62,189 nucleotides of DNA, filler included, from Aduncisulcus paluster (GCA_024181965.1; 8 parts of 8 records of this genome joined end to end with filler, not necessarily neighbours in it); one strand, 5' to 3'; positions 34,701 through 46,143 are shown, counted from the whole stretch's first letter. Program-made: numbers and translations. The notes: generated by a model from the letters alone, not told the origin.

Positions 34701-37700
34701 TATTTGGAAAGTATTTCTGAATTGTTTCAATATCATCCAAAAACATTTCTTTGTTGATCCTTCTCTCGGTGAAGAATCGCTGGATAAACATAATTTACAT
34801 CTCCAAAGCTCTTTCAAAATATGGTGGGAGAGAAAGTTTGAAAAACTATTCCCAAAATTAGTTTCTCAAATTCTATTTTCGAGTGAACAATATTCAGCCC
34901 TTACCATTCATTTCTTTTCGTATGCTTTTCAAACTGGGTTTTCTATTCCTCATGAATGCAAGATTGTGTTACATTTCTTTGCTCTCACAAATCAAGGATG
35001 TGAATGTTTCCTTATTCCAGAATTGGAATGTAGACAAACTTTAAAGAATCATGAGAGATTAGTTGTTGAGAACCTTGATCGATTGATTTCTATTACAATG
35101 AACCATTTTTCATCCATGATAGACGGTAGCATTGGCGAACGTGTGTTATTTGAGCATCCATTTGTCAATAGTTTTTTTTTACAGTTTGCAAGACGTTTTA
35201 TAATTAACCTGGGTCAATCTAAAATATTTCTTGACCCAATCGAAGACTTGTCAGTCCCGATATTTCGAAAGTTTTTGAGGAAAAAATTGGATTGTGCTTT
35301 GGACATTGTGAGTTGTATTCTCTTTCCGAACGAACCCACTTTCCAATCAAAGGAAACGTACATGTTGAGTTTCAAATTTATGGTTCTTTCATCAATTTTT
35401 ACCAGTTTTCCTGTGTTATTGAAGCCTAAAAAGAACTTTGTTGATGAATTAAGAGCCGTATCAACCATATTTTTCCCAAATTCACTGATATTTTCGATTT
35501 TCCGTGAAATGAATATGCTTGGAAGAAGAACCAACACCGATGAAAATGGTATTACTTCGCTTTTCCCAACGAATTGTATCCTTTTAAATTCAATTAAGAA
35601 TGCGTATTGTAATTATGTTGAGAATGGACGATCTTACGTTCAGATTTCAGGCATATTAAAACGTGGAGTGTGTCCATTCATTCAAATATTCTGCAGATTA
35701 CTTTCGAGACTGTTATGTGAACGAGAAAGTGGAGTTTGTCGGAAAAAAGATATTTTCTTGTACAATATTCTGAGATACTTTGTAATTAATATTTCTTCAA
35801 GAATAATTCATATTGGAATTATTGACACAATTGTATTTTTCCTCCTCAAAATTGCAATCAGGAAATTTTACTCTTCATCGACTGAATTTTATGCCAATTT
35901 GAGTTGTGAAGGGAGCTTGTTTCCTTTGTATGGCAAACATACTCCCCCTTCTTCCATGAAAAAAGACCTTTCTTTGTCTCCTCCTTCAAAAAAAATGACA
36001 GTTTGCCCATTGGATTTATCGGATCTCTTTATTTTACTCAACTTATCTCTCAAAAAGAGTGAAAATCTATTTGTCTCCTTTCCTCTTGGTATCTCTTTCA
36101 TAATATGTATTATTTCTGCGCTGTTATCTATCCCAACTGTCACGAACTTACCTCTTTCTTGTGATTCTTNNNNNNNNNNNNNNNNNNNNATTGCAATCAG
36201 GAAATTTTACTCTTCATCGACTGAATTTTATGCCAATTTGAGTTGTGAAGGGAGCTTGTTTCCTTTGTATGGCAAACATACTCCCCCTTCTTCCATGAAA
36301 AAAGACCTTTCTTTGTCTCCTCCTTCAAAAAAAATGACAGTTTGCCCATTGGATTTATCGGATCTCTTTATTTTACTCAACTTATCTCTCAAAAAGAGTG
36401 AAAATCTATTTGTCTCCTTTCCTCTTGGTATCTCTTTCATAATATGTATTATTTCTGCGCTGTTATCTATCCCAACTGTCACGAACTTACCTCTTTCATG
36501 TGATTCTTACTTCCTTGGAATCAGATTAATTCAAGATCTGTTGCAGATTTTGTCAAACAATTCAAAACTATCTCAGCTCTCTCAGGGGAAAACGATTCAA
36601 AGTACGGATACAAGCAAATCTATCCAATTGTTCCAGGGAAAATATACGAAATATCTGCCATTTTCTCGCAGAATGAGTATAATTCATGAACGACTGGACG
36701 AATTTGATCTCAAAAGGTCACTCTCCAATTTTCGTAAATTCGTTGGGTTTGCGGTTAAAAAGGCGCCCCAAAAAGATATTCATATCTCAAATTTTTATTT
36801 ATTTATGTTTTATGATGATTTTTGCGCACAATACACGGCATTTTCCCCTTACTATTGGTATCACATTACTTCTGTCTGCAATGATGAAAAAGCTTTGTTA
36901 TCACTTGCTTATTTCAACTCTCACACGAAAGATAGTATCATTTTCAAGGAAGGAACGGAAGAATACCTCTCTTTAGTTCGATCTTTACATGAAAAGCCTA
37001 ATATTCCTGCAGCCAAGTTACACGGTGTGTTTGCACTTATTCCTTGTGTTAAAGTTTTCCCTAATTTAGTTGTAACATCAGCTCAAATTCAATGGATTTT
37101 CTATGAGATTTTTCGATTGCGAGGCCCTTTTTTCAAAAACCTCAAAGTTCAATGTTTTCGATGTTTATTCCACCATTGTTCAAAGTCTTTCAAAGAAAAT
37201 TTACCTTTTCATAAATATGAACATTTGCTTTCAACCAGATGTGTGAGTAATTGTTACGATTACGTTAATTCTTTGTCTCGATTCCATTTTACTCATCGAA
37301 GCTCATTTTCAACGGTCGAATCATTCCTCTTGCTTATTTCTTTGAATCATATCCTCACAAAAGTGAAACTCACATGGGGTGGGCAGAAAACTTTTCACAA
37401 TGGAAGAACGCTTGTGGAACTTACTTTTGCCCTATTAACTAAGATTCTGCCTTATATTGATTCAGAAAGTTTTCGCCTGCCATTCATTTATTCTATTATT
37501 TCTCTTTCTTTTTTCTTTCTGTTTGTTGACTATTCTTCTCATATAACTCCGAATACATCTCTTAATATGGTATATAACATCAATAAGGATAAATTCCCTG
37601 CATGGTCATCCAAACATTTTGTCCTTCGTACAATTCGTCAGGCTGGGACCATATTATCATCTCATTCTCTTCAAAATTCCTCTTGTTCTCACTATATGAC

Positions 37701-37971
37701 TATTCTATTCTCTTTTTTTAATGCATTGATGCCCTTCTTGAGTCCTGATTCTGTCAGATACTTGGAAAGAATTCCATTATGTATATCTTTTCCATCCTTG
37801 TTGTGCTCTAAACTCTTTTCCATACAAATTGAACCTTCGGTTGAGATTGAGGAGAACACAAAATTGCACCAAATCATTAATAATTCAATTGGAAATATAT
37901 TGCCAATCACTGTTCTCAAACAACAAAATAATACTTGGGATGATTTTTTGAGAGATTATTGGCTAAGTAGT
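31726..37971 (+). CDS. ~1970-aa Phe/Ile/Leu/Cys-rich hypothetical protein, possibly an alpha-solenoid (HEAT/ARM-like); 3'-truncated
   Basis: An ORF of ~6 kb in very AT-rich DNA is very unlikely by chance. It has amphipathic helical patterning. 35851-36169 is duplicated at 36190-36508 across a gap. Confidence 0.7.
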
Positions 37972-38071
37972 NNNNNNNNNNNNNNNNNNNNNNNNNNNNN
38001 NNNNNNNNNNNNNNNTTAATTAATTAANNNNNNNNNNNNNNNNNNNNNNNNNNNNNNNNNNNNNNNNNNNN

Positions 38072-38469
38072 TAAGTACATTGACGATTCTTTGTTGACGT
38101 ATTATGCCGTTATTATTTTTCAATGTCCGATAAGATTCTGAGATTAGCAAAATAGAGATAGATTTGCTTTTGAGAGCAATTGAAATCTCTAAACAAGAGT
38201 TGACGACTACTATACAAGTTCAGTTAAGAAAATATGTTGATAAATTTAATGCTGGAGCAGAGATTAATCTCCAAAAAGAATTTTATCAACTTGAAACTAT
38301 TTCAAGATTTTTTCAAAGTATTCCAATGTCAGGAGCTGCCGTTGAACGATTTTTTTCAATCATGCATCAGAATAATATCAAATTAAGGGGGGGTCAAAGC
38401 ATTGAGACACTTATGGAGAGAACAATATATATTTTTAATTCAAAGAATTTGAGAAAAGAATCGGAATAA
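38072..38469 (+). mobile_element. 3' fragment of a degenerate hAT-superfamily transposase (C-terminal dimerisation domain)
   Basis: LETISRFFQSIPMSGAAVERFFSIM...LRGGQSIETL matches the hAT SIPxSSAxxERxFS motif. There is an in-frame TAA just upstream (~38131). Confidence 0.8.
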
Positions 38470-38654
38470 AACTGATAAAATACTGTTGGGAGAAAAATAA
38501 TAATATAATAAACCATTCCATTTTGTTATGTCCGCAAAGAAAATCAAATCAATAAGATGGTCGAAATTGAAAATGGAAGAAAAGAATATATATTATGAAA
38601 TAAAAAAGAAAATAAGCATGCTGCAAAATTACAATAAATTATTATTTATTAGAA

Positions 38655-40369
38655 TTGAAATATATCCATATTTATAAATGTTTCAGGAGCCAATCTGCAA
38701 GGTTGAAAAATAAAATCACTGCCCACAATCCCCGAGTAATCGCCAAACATCTCCAAACAAAGAAACACTCAGAAAAATTCTTTAAAAGATATTTTAATCA
38801 ACATTTATTATCCGCTCAATTTAGAAACATCCATGAAAAGTTGGTAGAAAGGTGTGATTCATTAGGTATTTCAGTTGGCATAATTTCAAAGCTATTTTCT
38901 CCCGATATATGCGATCTAATTCAAAATTACCCAGGACCAATGAAATTTTCAAGAAGCACAAGCTATAGAATTCAACAAGAAAGCCTGATAAAAACTGTTA
39001 ATGGCCAGATAACTAATCGGCCCCCGCCACCGTATTCCCTACTTCTTGATAAGTATAAATCAGGTTCAAAACATTTGTTAATGGTAATGTTAAAATCATC
39101 AAATATTTACTTGGCACTGGATTATGTAGATCTGGAGATGATCCAACGAGATCTTGAAAAGGCCAGATTGGCACAAATTGAGACGATCCAAACGTCCCGT
39201 GAAATTTTGCAAAAAGATGAAGAGGAGGAAGATGAGGAAGAAGAATCAATGTCAAATTCCATTGTCATTAATCGATCATCCTGTCTTGATGATATCACAG
39301 TACCAAGAGAAGAAATGGTCAAAGGCATAATCAAAATCTTAAATAAGCATAATATTCAGAAATGTCATATATCAGCGATCATTACTGATAGGGAAAAGAT
39401 CATGGTGAGTATTGCTAACCAGTTGTTATCTGAAGGCTATGGATTTGTAGTTACCCATTGTTCTGTCCATATTGTTAATATTATAATAAGGGAATATTTA
39501 TTGTTTAAGATTCCTGAGTATGCAAAACTCTGCAATAATGTTACCAATTATTTTAGCGTTCAAAAACCCGCTCGGTATGAGGCTCAAAAAATATTGAAGA
39601 TCAATATCAAAAATTATACACCAATCCGTTGGTCGAGCGCGATAGAAACTTTAAATAATATACACGAAAATTTTGAAAAATATAAACAAATTTTTAAATT
39701 TATGGCCGAGAGTTCACAAAAATCTACGTTAATTAGGTATTTCAGTGATAAAAAATTACAATCAACATTATCTTACTTAGCAGCGCACTTTTTCCCTTTA
39801 GCTCAAAAGATTATAAATCATTTACAGTATAATTATCATGATTATAAGATTTATTATGAATTGGATTCTTTTGTTAAGGCGTTGGAAGGAAGGCTTGGTG
39901 GAAGGCAAATTAAGACACGACCATATACGGATGCACTTTATTATTTAAAGAAAAATCTTAATTTATATTATTTATTTCCATATTTTACCCCCGAATCATG
40001 GGATTTCAGGAGAAGGGTTGACATCGAAAAAGCCCGAGTTAGTTTTGTCAACATCATGAAAGAACCAAGGAGAATAAGATATGACTTGGAGAAATCTTTC
40101 TTAAAATATATTGTATTATTCAAGCATTCTAAAAACTAAAAAAGGCACTGTTAGATAGTCCTGACATTTTTAGGAGACATTTTCCGGAACTTGATAAATA
40201 TCGGAAGATAATTCAATCAATCCCATTTTCAGGATCAGCGATTGAGCGATTTTTCAGTATTGTTTCATATATTAATAGTTATAGAAGGAGACACCATTCA
40301 ATTAAGACTTTGATGCTTGAAAGTCAACAGGATTATAATGCGAAACAATACCAACATCAACAAGAATAA
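38655..40369 (+). mobile_element. hAT-superfamily DDE transposase gene, frameshifted near 40133
   Basis: LLLDK (Asp1), IITDRE (Asp2), HCSVH (CxxH) and TPIRWSS lie in ORF 38655..40139. The Glu motif FPEL...IQSIPFSGSAIERFFS lies in the -1 frame 40133..40369. No terminal inverted repeats were identified. Confidence 0.85.
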
Positions 40370-41012
40370 CATATAAAATTAAAATGAATTTATCTTTTAA
40401 AATTTAATAAAAATGAATAGAATTAGCTTAAATAATGTCAAACAATTTTCTTTGTTTATTTCGAAGTTGGTTTCTTAAATTATAAATATTAAATAATAAG
40501 TTGAAAAATATTTGATTTTTTCTCGAATAATAATAAATATAATAGAATTTATGAAGATATAAAAAGAAATTAGCAAATGACAACGAAAAGATAATTAATA
40601 TTTATAATCAATAAGAAGAATGAAATATAAAGAACAAAAAAATAAAAAATCGTAAAGTTAACATACAACAATTATTATCATGTAAACAAAAAGGAAAAAA
40701 ATACTCAAATTGGAAATGGCGGGCTGAATCATGTGTAGAATTATGAATTACTAACAAATAAATAAAAGGGACTTAAAGTTAGAATATACGTATTTTTTAT
40801 TTTTTTGATAAATTTATCCATTGGGGCAGGGGACTATCTCCTTGATAAAAGGATTATATACAAATTCATGGGGCAAAGGTTCAATAAAATCCTAATTTAT
40901 CGCTATTTATTTATTTTAAATTTCTTCTTCGAGATGTGAGACACACTGGTATCATATAACATGAATATAATATAAATGAAATGTGTCAATGATATATAAC
41001 AAAAATTATGTA

Positions 41013-41103
41013 TAGTATAATAGATCTTGTGGTAATTCATAAATTTAGACCAGTCCTCTTTTGAAAACCTTGTTAGAAAAGGTGGTTTTAATAATTCGGC
41101 CAT
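41013..41103 (-). pseudogene. Possible remnant of a gag-like N-terminus
   Basis: MAELLKPPFLTRFSKEDWSKFMNYHKIYY resembles the PP-x-L...W..F...Y pattern at the start of some retroelement Gag proteins, then decays into AT-rich sequence. Weak. Confidence 0.2.
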
Positions 41104-41671
41104 AATACTAAAGTATTAATACTGTAAGCTAAGCCAAATTTATTCAAATAAACGGTTCTATAAATAGGACATCCCTGAGAATGTCTGTAGGTACGGATCA
41201 ATGTCCGTAACAGAAGGAAATTAATTTTTGATCGATTATTTTTGTCATTCGATATAGAGGAGTATGTGTTATTGTTGCTTTTTCTAATAGTAAATGTCGA
41301 AAGTCTTTAATTTCTTTGTTTTTGGGAGTCATAGTCTTCTTGAGTAATGATATATGTTTTGTTGAAAGAATATGGCTACATAAAGCAAATTTGGAGTTAA
41401 CGAATGTTGATTCACATTAGGTCAGTCACCGAATACCCCAGTATTAATAAATGAAAGAGATTTATTATGTTAATCGGGCCTGTTTATTCATAAATAACGA
41501 CCGTTTTCGTTTGACTCCCGGTGAAATATGAAAACGGCAGGGATTAACGAAAACCCTCGGGTTTAACGCAGACGATCCACAACAATATGAAAACACCTAT
41601 GTTATTATGAAAAGGGTGAATTCGAAATTAAAAAGTCATATTTTATTAAAAAAATAAAAAAAATAATTGTT

Positions 41672-41918
41672 GATCTCCCTAGAATGGTGGTAGACTGGTG
41701 TCCTCTTATTCCGCAAATCCTGGGTTCGAATCTCGTCATCGGCCAATTTCGAGTATAGAACTACCGTTAGTACCGCAAACGACACTACCCCAAAGGTCAG
41801 ATTGATGGCTTGGATTATGAGATGTCGTTTGTAGCCGACACTCGGAATTCTCATACTGCTCCAACCGTACGAACCATACTACAGCGTTAAAGGATCGCCT
41901 AAAAATCGTTGTTTTTTT
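41672..41918 (+). ncRNA. tRNA-derived (A-box/B-box) element followed by a long stem-loop and a T7 run; SINE-like or Pol III ncRNA
   Basis: TGGTGGTAGACTGG (A-box-like, 41685-41698); GGTTCGAATC (B box, 41723-41732); nested stems 41745-54/41840-49 and 41775-84/41823-32; T7 at 41912-41918. It does not form a valid cloverleaf. Confidence 0.5.
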
Positions 41919-42102
41919 GCTTTTTGAAAATTTCTTTTTATTGGATACACTTTTTATTGGATTTAGAACAAATAATTTTTTTGTTGTTCTATTTTTAGAA
42001 TTCTATTTTTAGAAATCACTTTTTTTATTTACACTATAACCTTTGTAATATTCATTAGAATCCGATAATTCGAATTACTTAAGGAGATAGAATAATTTTT
42101 AT

Positions 42103-43055
42103 TTATTCACCTGATTGACTCGATGTTCCTCTCTGGGTAGCTGATACAGAAGTGGAAAGAAAGGACAAATCGGGATGTAAGACCTCTTGAGCTGTTTCAA
42201 CTGTCCTTTCTTGTTGTCTTCTCCGTCTTCGGGCTGCTTGAGAGCTGCGTCTCTTTCCAATTTTTTCTTGTTCTTCTTCGATCCATTTCTTTTCTGCGGC
42301 ACGATGAAATTCCCATTCATTATCTCTTAATGGACTACCTAAAATTAAGAGATTTGTGAGAGCACAGCATGCAACCATTGTTGATCGATAGATATCAGGA
42401 GATAAGATCCATGGACGTACCAAAATCCTCCATGATCTTTTCAATCGTCCAAAAAATTGTTCAACGATCATTCGGTCAGCTGAGATGTCCTTCTGCCTTT
42501 GCCTCTCTGCCCCTCTGAGTCCACTTTTGTGTTCAAATATAACAACTTTCACGCTATAGGGTTCTAAATCGATTCCTCTATATGCCATATCCCCTAAAAT
42601 GGCATTGCCCTGGAGATACTCTCTCAGGATATCAGCATGTTCTGTAAACATCGTTTTGTCATGGATGGACCCAACAAAACCAGCATAGACAAATCTAGCG
42701 ATGCCTTTCACATCAGTTATTACTTCTGACTTTATGCCAAAGGCATTGTGTTTGTGACTATACCATTTCTTTTTTTCGTCCCACGTTCGGCATCCGAATG
42801 GGGAACATTTTTGGATCGTTCCGTCAACTACCAACTTTGCCTCGGGGACATGTCTGGCCGATGATAATGAGGCCTAGTAATGAATTCTTCCCCAAGTTTT
42901 TCTTCCATAATACAGATTGTAAGGCCGAGAATTCGACTTATCGTTGTATCACTCGTTTTAAGTGTTGTGGCTAGAGCTCTGCTATCACAACCACTTCTCA
43001 GTTTAATAAGTGTGATGAGGACTTGTTCTTCATCTGTGAACTTCTGTCTTGCACC
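42103..43055 (-). mobile_element. PIF/Harbinger (DDE_Tnp_4-type) transposase with an upstream HTH, frameshifted at ~42840-42875; 5'-truncated
   Basis: VVDGT, YSHKH, GSIHD, ILGDMAYRG, RMIVEQFFGRLK..W.IL and ACCALTN. The adjacent frame upstream encodes FTDEEQVLITLIKLRSGCDSRALATTLKTSDTTISRIL (HTH_Tnp_4-like). Confidence 0.9.
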
Positions 43056-43155
43056 NNNNNNNNNNNNNNNNNNNNNNNNNNNNNNNNNNNNNNNNNNNNT
43101 TAATTAATTAANNNNNNNNNNNNNNNNNNNNNNNNNNNNNNNNNNNNNNNNNNNN

Positions 43156-44803
43156 ATTGGTCTTATTCAAAAAAACCTTTGTTGAAGGTGAATATAGAGA
43201 TCTTCCTTTTCACTTTGAACAACGTTATAAAAAGCAGCGTATCACAGATGGAAATAATGTCTATCAGTGGATAATTCATAATACTCTATCTCTTGTATTT
43301 TTAATTGCCTATGATAAGTCTCTTCCAATCGAGCAGAGAGTTTTCGAAAATTTTTTGAAGAATCTCGTTAATCATTTCATTGAATCTCATGAGGAAGATG
43401 TTAAATCTATTACCAACAATCATGATGTGTCCAAATTGGACAAAATTCAGTCTTCTCTTGAAAAATACTTGTCAAGTATGTCCAAGCCAACCAAATCTAA
43501 ATTTAGATCTGATAAACTTCATGCTCGAGATTCAGGATCAACAACAGCGTCCCCTTCTAGTGTGAGCACTACTGATATTCGAGAAAGATTAGCGGCTCGA
43601 AAGAAGGTGAAAAAAATCACCGGGCAGAAAACTGCACCAAAAGCATGGGAACAAAAGAAATCTTCCAAAAAGGAGAGTCCCAAACCAACGGAAGAGGAGT
43701 TACTCGATCATAGTGCCGATAAACGTCGGCCAAAAGAGGAAGAAGAAGTGTCCACTGTTGGATCTTCCCCAGCCAGTCTATTTTCCCCGGTTGTAGAGGA
43801 AGAGAAAGAATCGGGACCCTCTGTATGGGGAAAGATCTTCAGCACCTTCACTGGTGGCCGAGAAATGACTGCTGCTGAACTCGAAGAAGTTCTTTCAAAG
43901 CTCAGAACCAATTTGGTGAGCAAAAACGTTGCTTCTAAGGTTAGTGATGACATTTGCCGATCTGTTAAGAGATCTCTTGTCAAAACAAAGAAACCCACAC
44001 TCTCCTCTGTTCGTGGTATTGCTCAAAAGGCCCTTGAACAGGCTGTAAAACGTGTTCTTATGAGTGACCACACTCCAGATGTCATTTCAGAGGTTAGAGC
44101 TGCTGCCACTGCCATGAAACGAGGTGATAGGTCGGAGCCCTACAAGATTGTTTTTGTTGGTGTGAATGGTGTTGGTAAGTCGACCACTTTGGCCAAGGTC
44201 TCTTTCTTCCTGAAAGAACGTGGTGTTTCCCCACTCATCGCTGCATGTGATACCTTCAGAAGTGCAGCCGTGGAACAGTTAAGGAAGCACAGCCGTGCTC
44301 TTGGAGTGGATGTGTATGCTCGTGGATATGGTAAGGATCCAGCTGAAGTTGCATCGAGTGCCATTCGTGCTGCTAAATCTGCAGGAAAAGAGTGTGTTCT
44401 TATCGATACTGCCGGAAGAATGCAAGGTAACCAACAATTGATGGTTGAACTTGCCAAACTTGTGACTGCTGTAAAGCCAGAGCTGGTTTTATTCGTTGGA
44501 GATGCTTTATGTGGAAACGATAGTATTGACCAATTGACCAGTTTTGAGAAGACCCTGGGCGAATTCTTCCCAAAAGAAGCCATGGATGAAAGAGAAAGAT
44601 TGGGGCTTTGTGGATCCAATGGAAGGAAAGTCATCAATGGAATTGTCCTTACGAAATTCGATACAATCGGAGACAAACCTGGAACTGCCTTATCACTTGT
44701 CTACCAGACGAATGTCCCCATTGTGTTCGTTGGAGTCGGACAAAGGCATGGTGATCTCACACAACTTGATGTGAAACGGGTCACAGCAAGTCTTGTTTTG
44801 TAA
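43156..44803 (+). CDS. SRPRA: Signal recognition particle receptor alpha subunit; 5'-truncated
   Basis: N-terminal longin-like SRX region, charged linker, and NG GTPase motifs GVNGVGKSTTLAK, ACDTFRSAAVEQL, DTAGRMQ, TKFD and VFVGVGQ..DL. Confidence 0.96.
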
Positions 44804-44869
44804 GATGTGCGAAGAATTTAGTAAATGTTCCTTTTTTTCATTCCTCTCTGTGGATATTAGTAATATCTA

Positions 44870-46018
44870 TTACTTTGATGTGAATACAAGGGAGTAAATT
44901 GAAAAAACTCGGCTGTTCCTTTGATCCCATTGACCTTTTCCTTTAATTTCACACAACACGACATCAGACAAATCAATAGAAAGATATTCCCATTGATAAT
45001 TGTCTTCAGGCATTGCAAATTTATACTTAATGGATGTCTTCTTGCCATCTGATTGAGTGAATTCAAAGAGAAGAGAAGGTGAACTGAAATACGCATTCAC
45101 ACAAATATATGCACCTTTCAGAGGGCTAGGTGATAGAAAAGGGATAGAAATATAGGAAAAAGCAATGCCGTCACCAAATTTCATCTCTCCTTTTAACATT
45201 TTCTGAGCCTTAGCACTCTGATCATACCCCTCAGATTCCTTTCTCTCTGATTCATCTCTCGCAGTGACCAGAGAAGATGAAGTCATAACGATTGAATCAT
45301 CACTCAAAGTAGGCCTAGATTTGATCCCTCCTATTTTTACAAGCTTAGATTCCACCGATAACTAGCAACAGAAAAGGGTTGTGAAAAATAGATATAAGAA
45401 ATATCAATTGACTCAATTGAAGAAAAAAAGACCATATAACAAACGTACAGCTTCATGCCACATCTTTTCGAAAATCAATTCTTTGGATTCACGGAGAGCG
45501 GATTCTTCAGGAGTTTCTTCTCGGATGAAAACAAGAGAATGGATATTAAAACACGATTTGATCCTTCCCATCCCTTTAATCTCGCATAAAACAACATCAG
45601 ATAGGTCAATTGGAAGGAAAAACCAGTTAGAGCATTTTCTATAGCGAAAATTAAATCTTTTGGATATCTTTTCTCCTTTTGACGAAGAAAAAGTAAATAC
45701 AAGATAGGATGGTGGAGCAGAATCCTTGTTGAGACAAATATAAGCACCTTTCATTGAATTTGATTGAGAAAATGGAATTGAAACAGATGTAAAATATTCA
45801 TAATTTCTCTCGCCTTTCATCATTTCTTGAGCAGATGAACTCTTATCAATATCTTTGCCACTTCTATCCTCTGTTTCATCTGTGGCCGAAATATCTGAAA
45901 AAGATAGATTGTTGAGAACTGTGGGATCATCTCGAGGAATAGGAATGCAAGAAATGTCACCCTCATTAACAAACACAGCAGATGAAATTTCCACGCTTTC
46001 AAATTTTAAATGACTCAT
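44870..46018 (-). CDS. Two-exon gene (46018-45449 + 45361-44870), 353 aa, made of two tandem copies of the beta-rich module
   Basis: An 87-nt phase-0 intron at 45448-45362 (GTACGT...TGCTAG) joins KMWHEA to LSVESKLVKIGG in frame. Both halves share AQ(E/K)M(M/L)KGE, SIPF...KGAYIC, W.(F/Y)L.IDLSDVVLCEIKG and I.SLVF. Confidence 0.88.
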
Positions 46019-46070
46019 ATAATTTTTGGACTTCAGTTATTTATAACCCTATAACTTCCGCGAGAAAACA

Positions 46071-46143
46071 CCAATTTCCTGCCACGGCAGAAATCGAACT
46101 CTACCGCCGCCGGCGGCGGTTGCAGTATTCAATTGGCCGATGA
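46071..46143. repeat. GC-rich imperfect inverted repeat with a perfect 18-bp palindromic core
   Basis: ACCGCCGCCGGCGGCGGT at 46103-46120, CCAATT/AATTGG ends, and a side inverted repeat CTGCC-AC-GGCAG. Confidence 0.8.

Noticed and set aside
41672-41745. Functional tRNA gene (including tRNA-Sec)
   Set aside because: The acceptor and anticodon stems do not pair and the T-stem is imperfect. It is kept only as a tRNA-derived element.
41736-42864. TCATCGGCCA inverted pair (41736-45 and ~42855-64) as Harbinger TIRs
   Set aside because: The second copy lies inside the transposase coding region, so it cannot be a terminus. It is only 10 bp.
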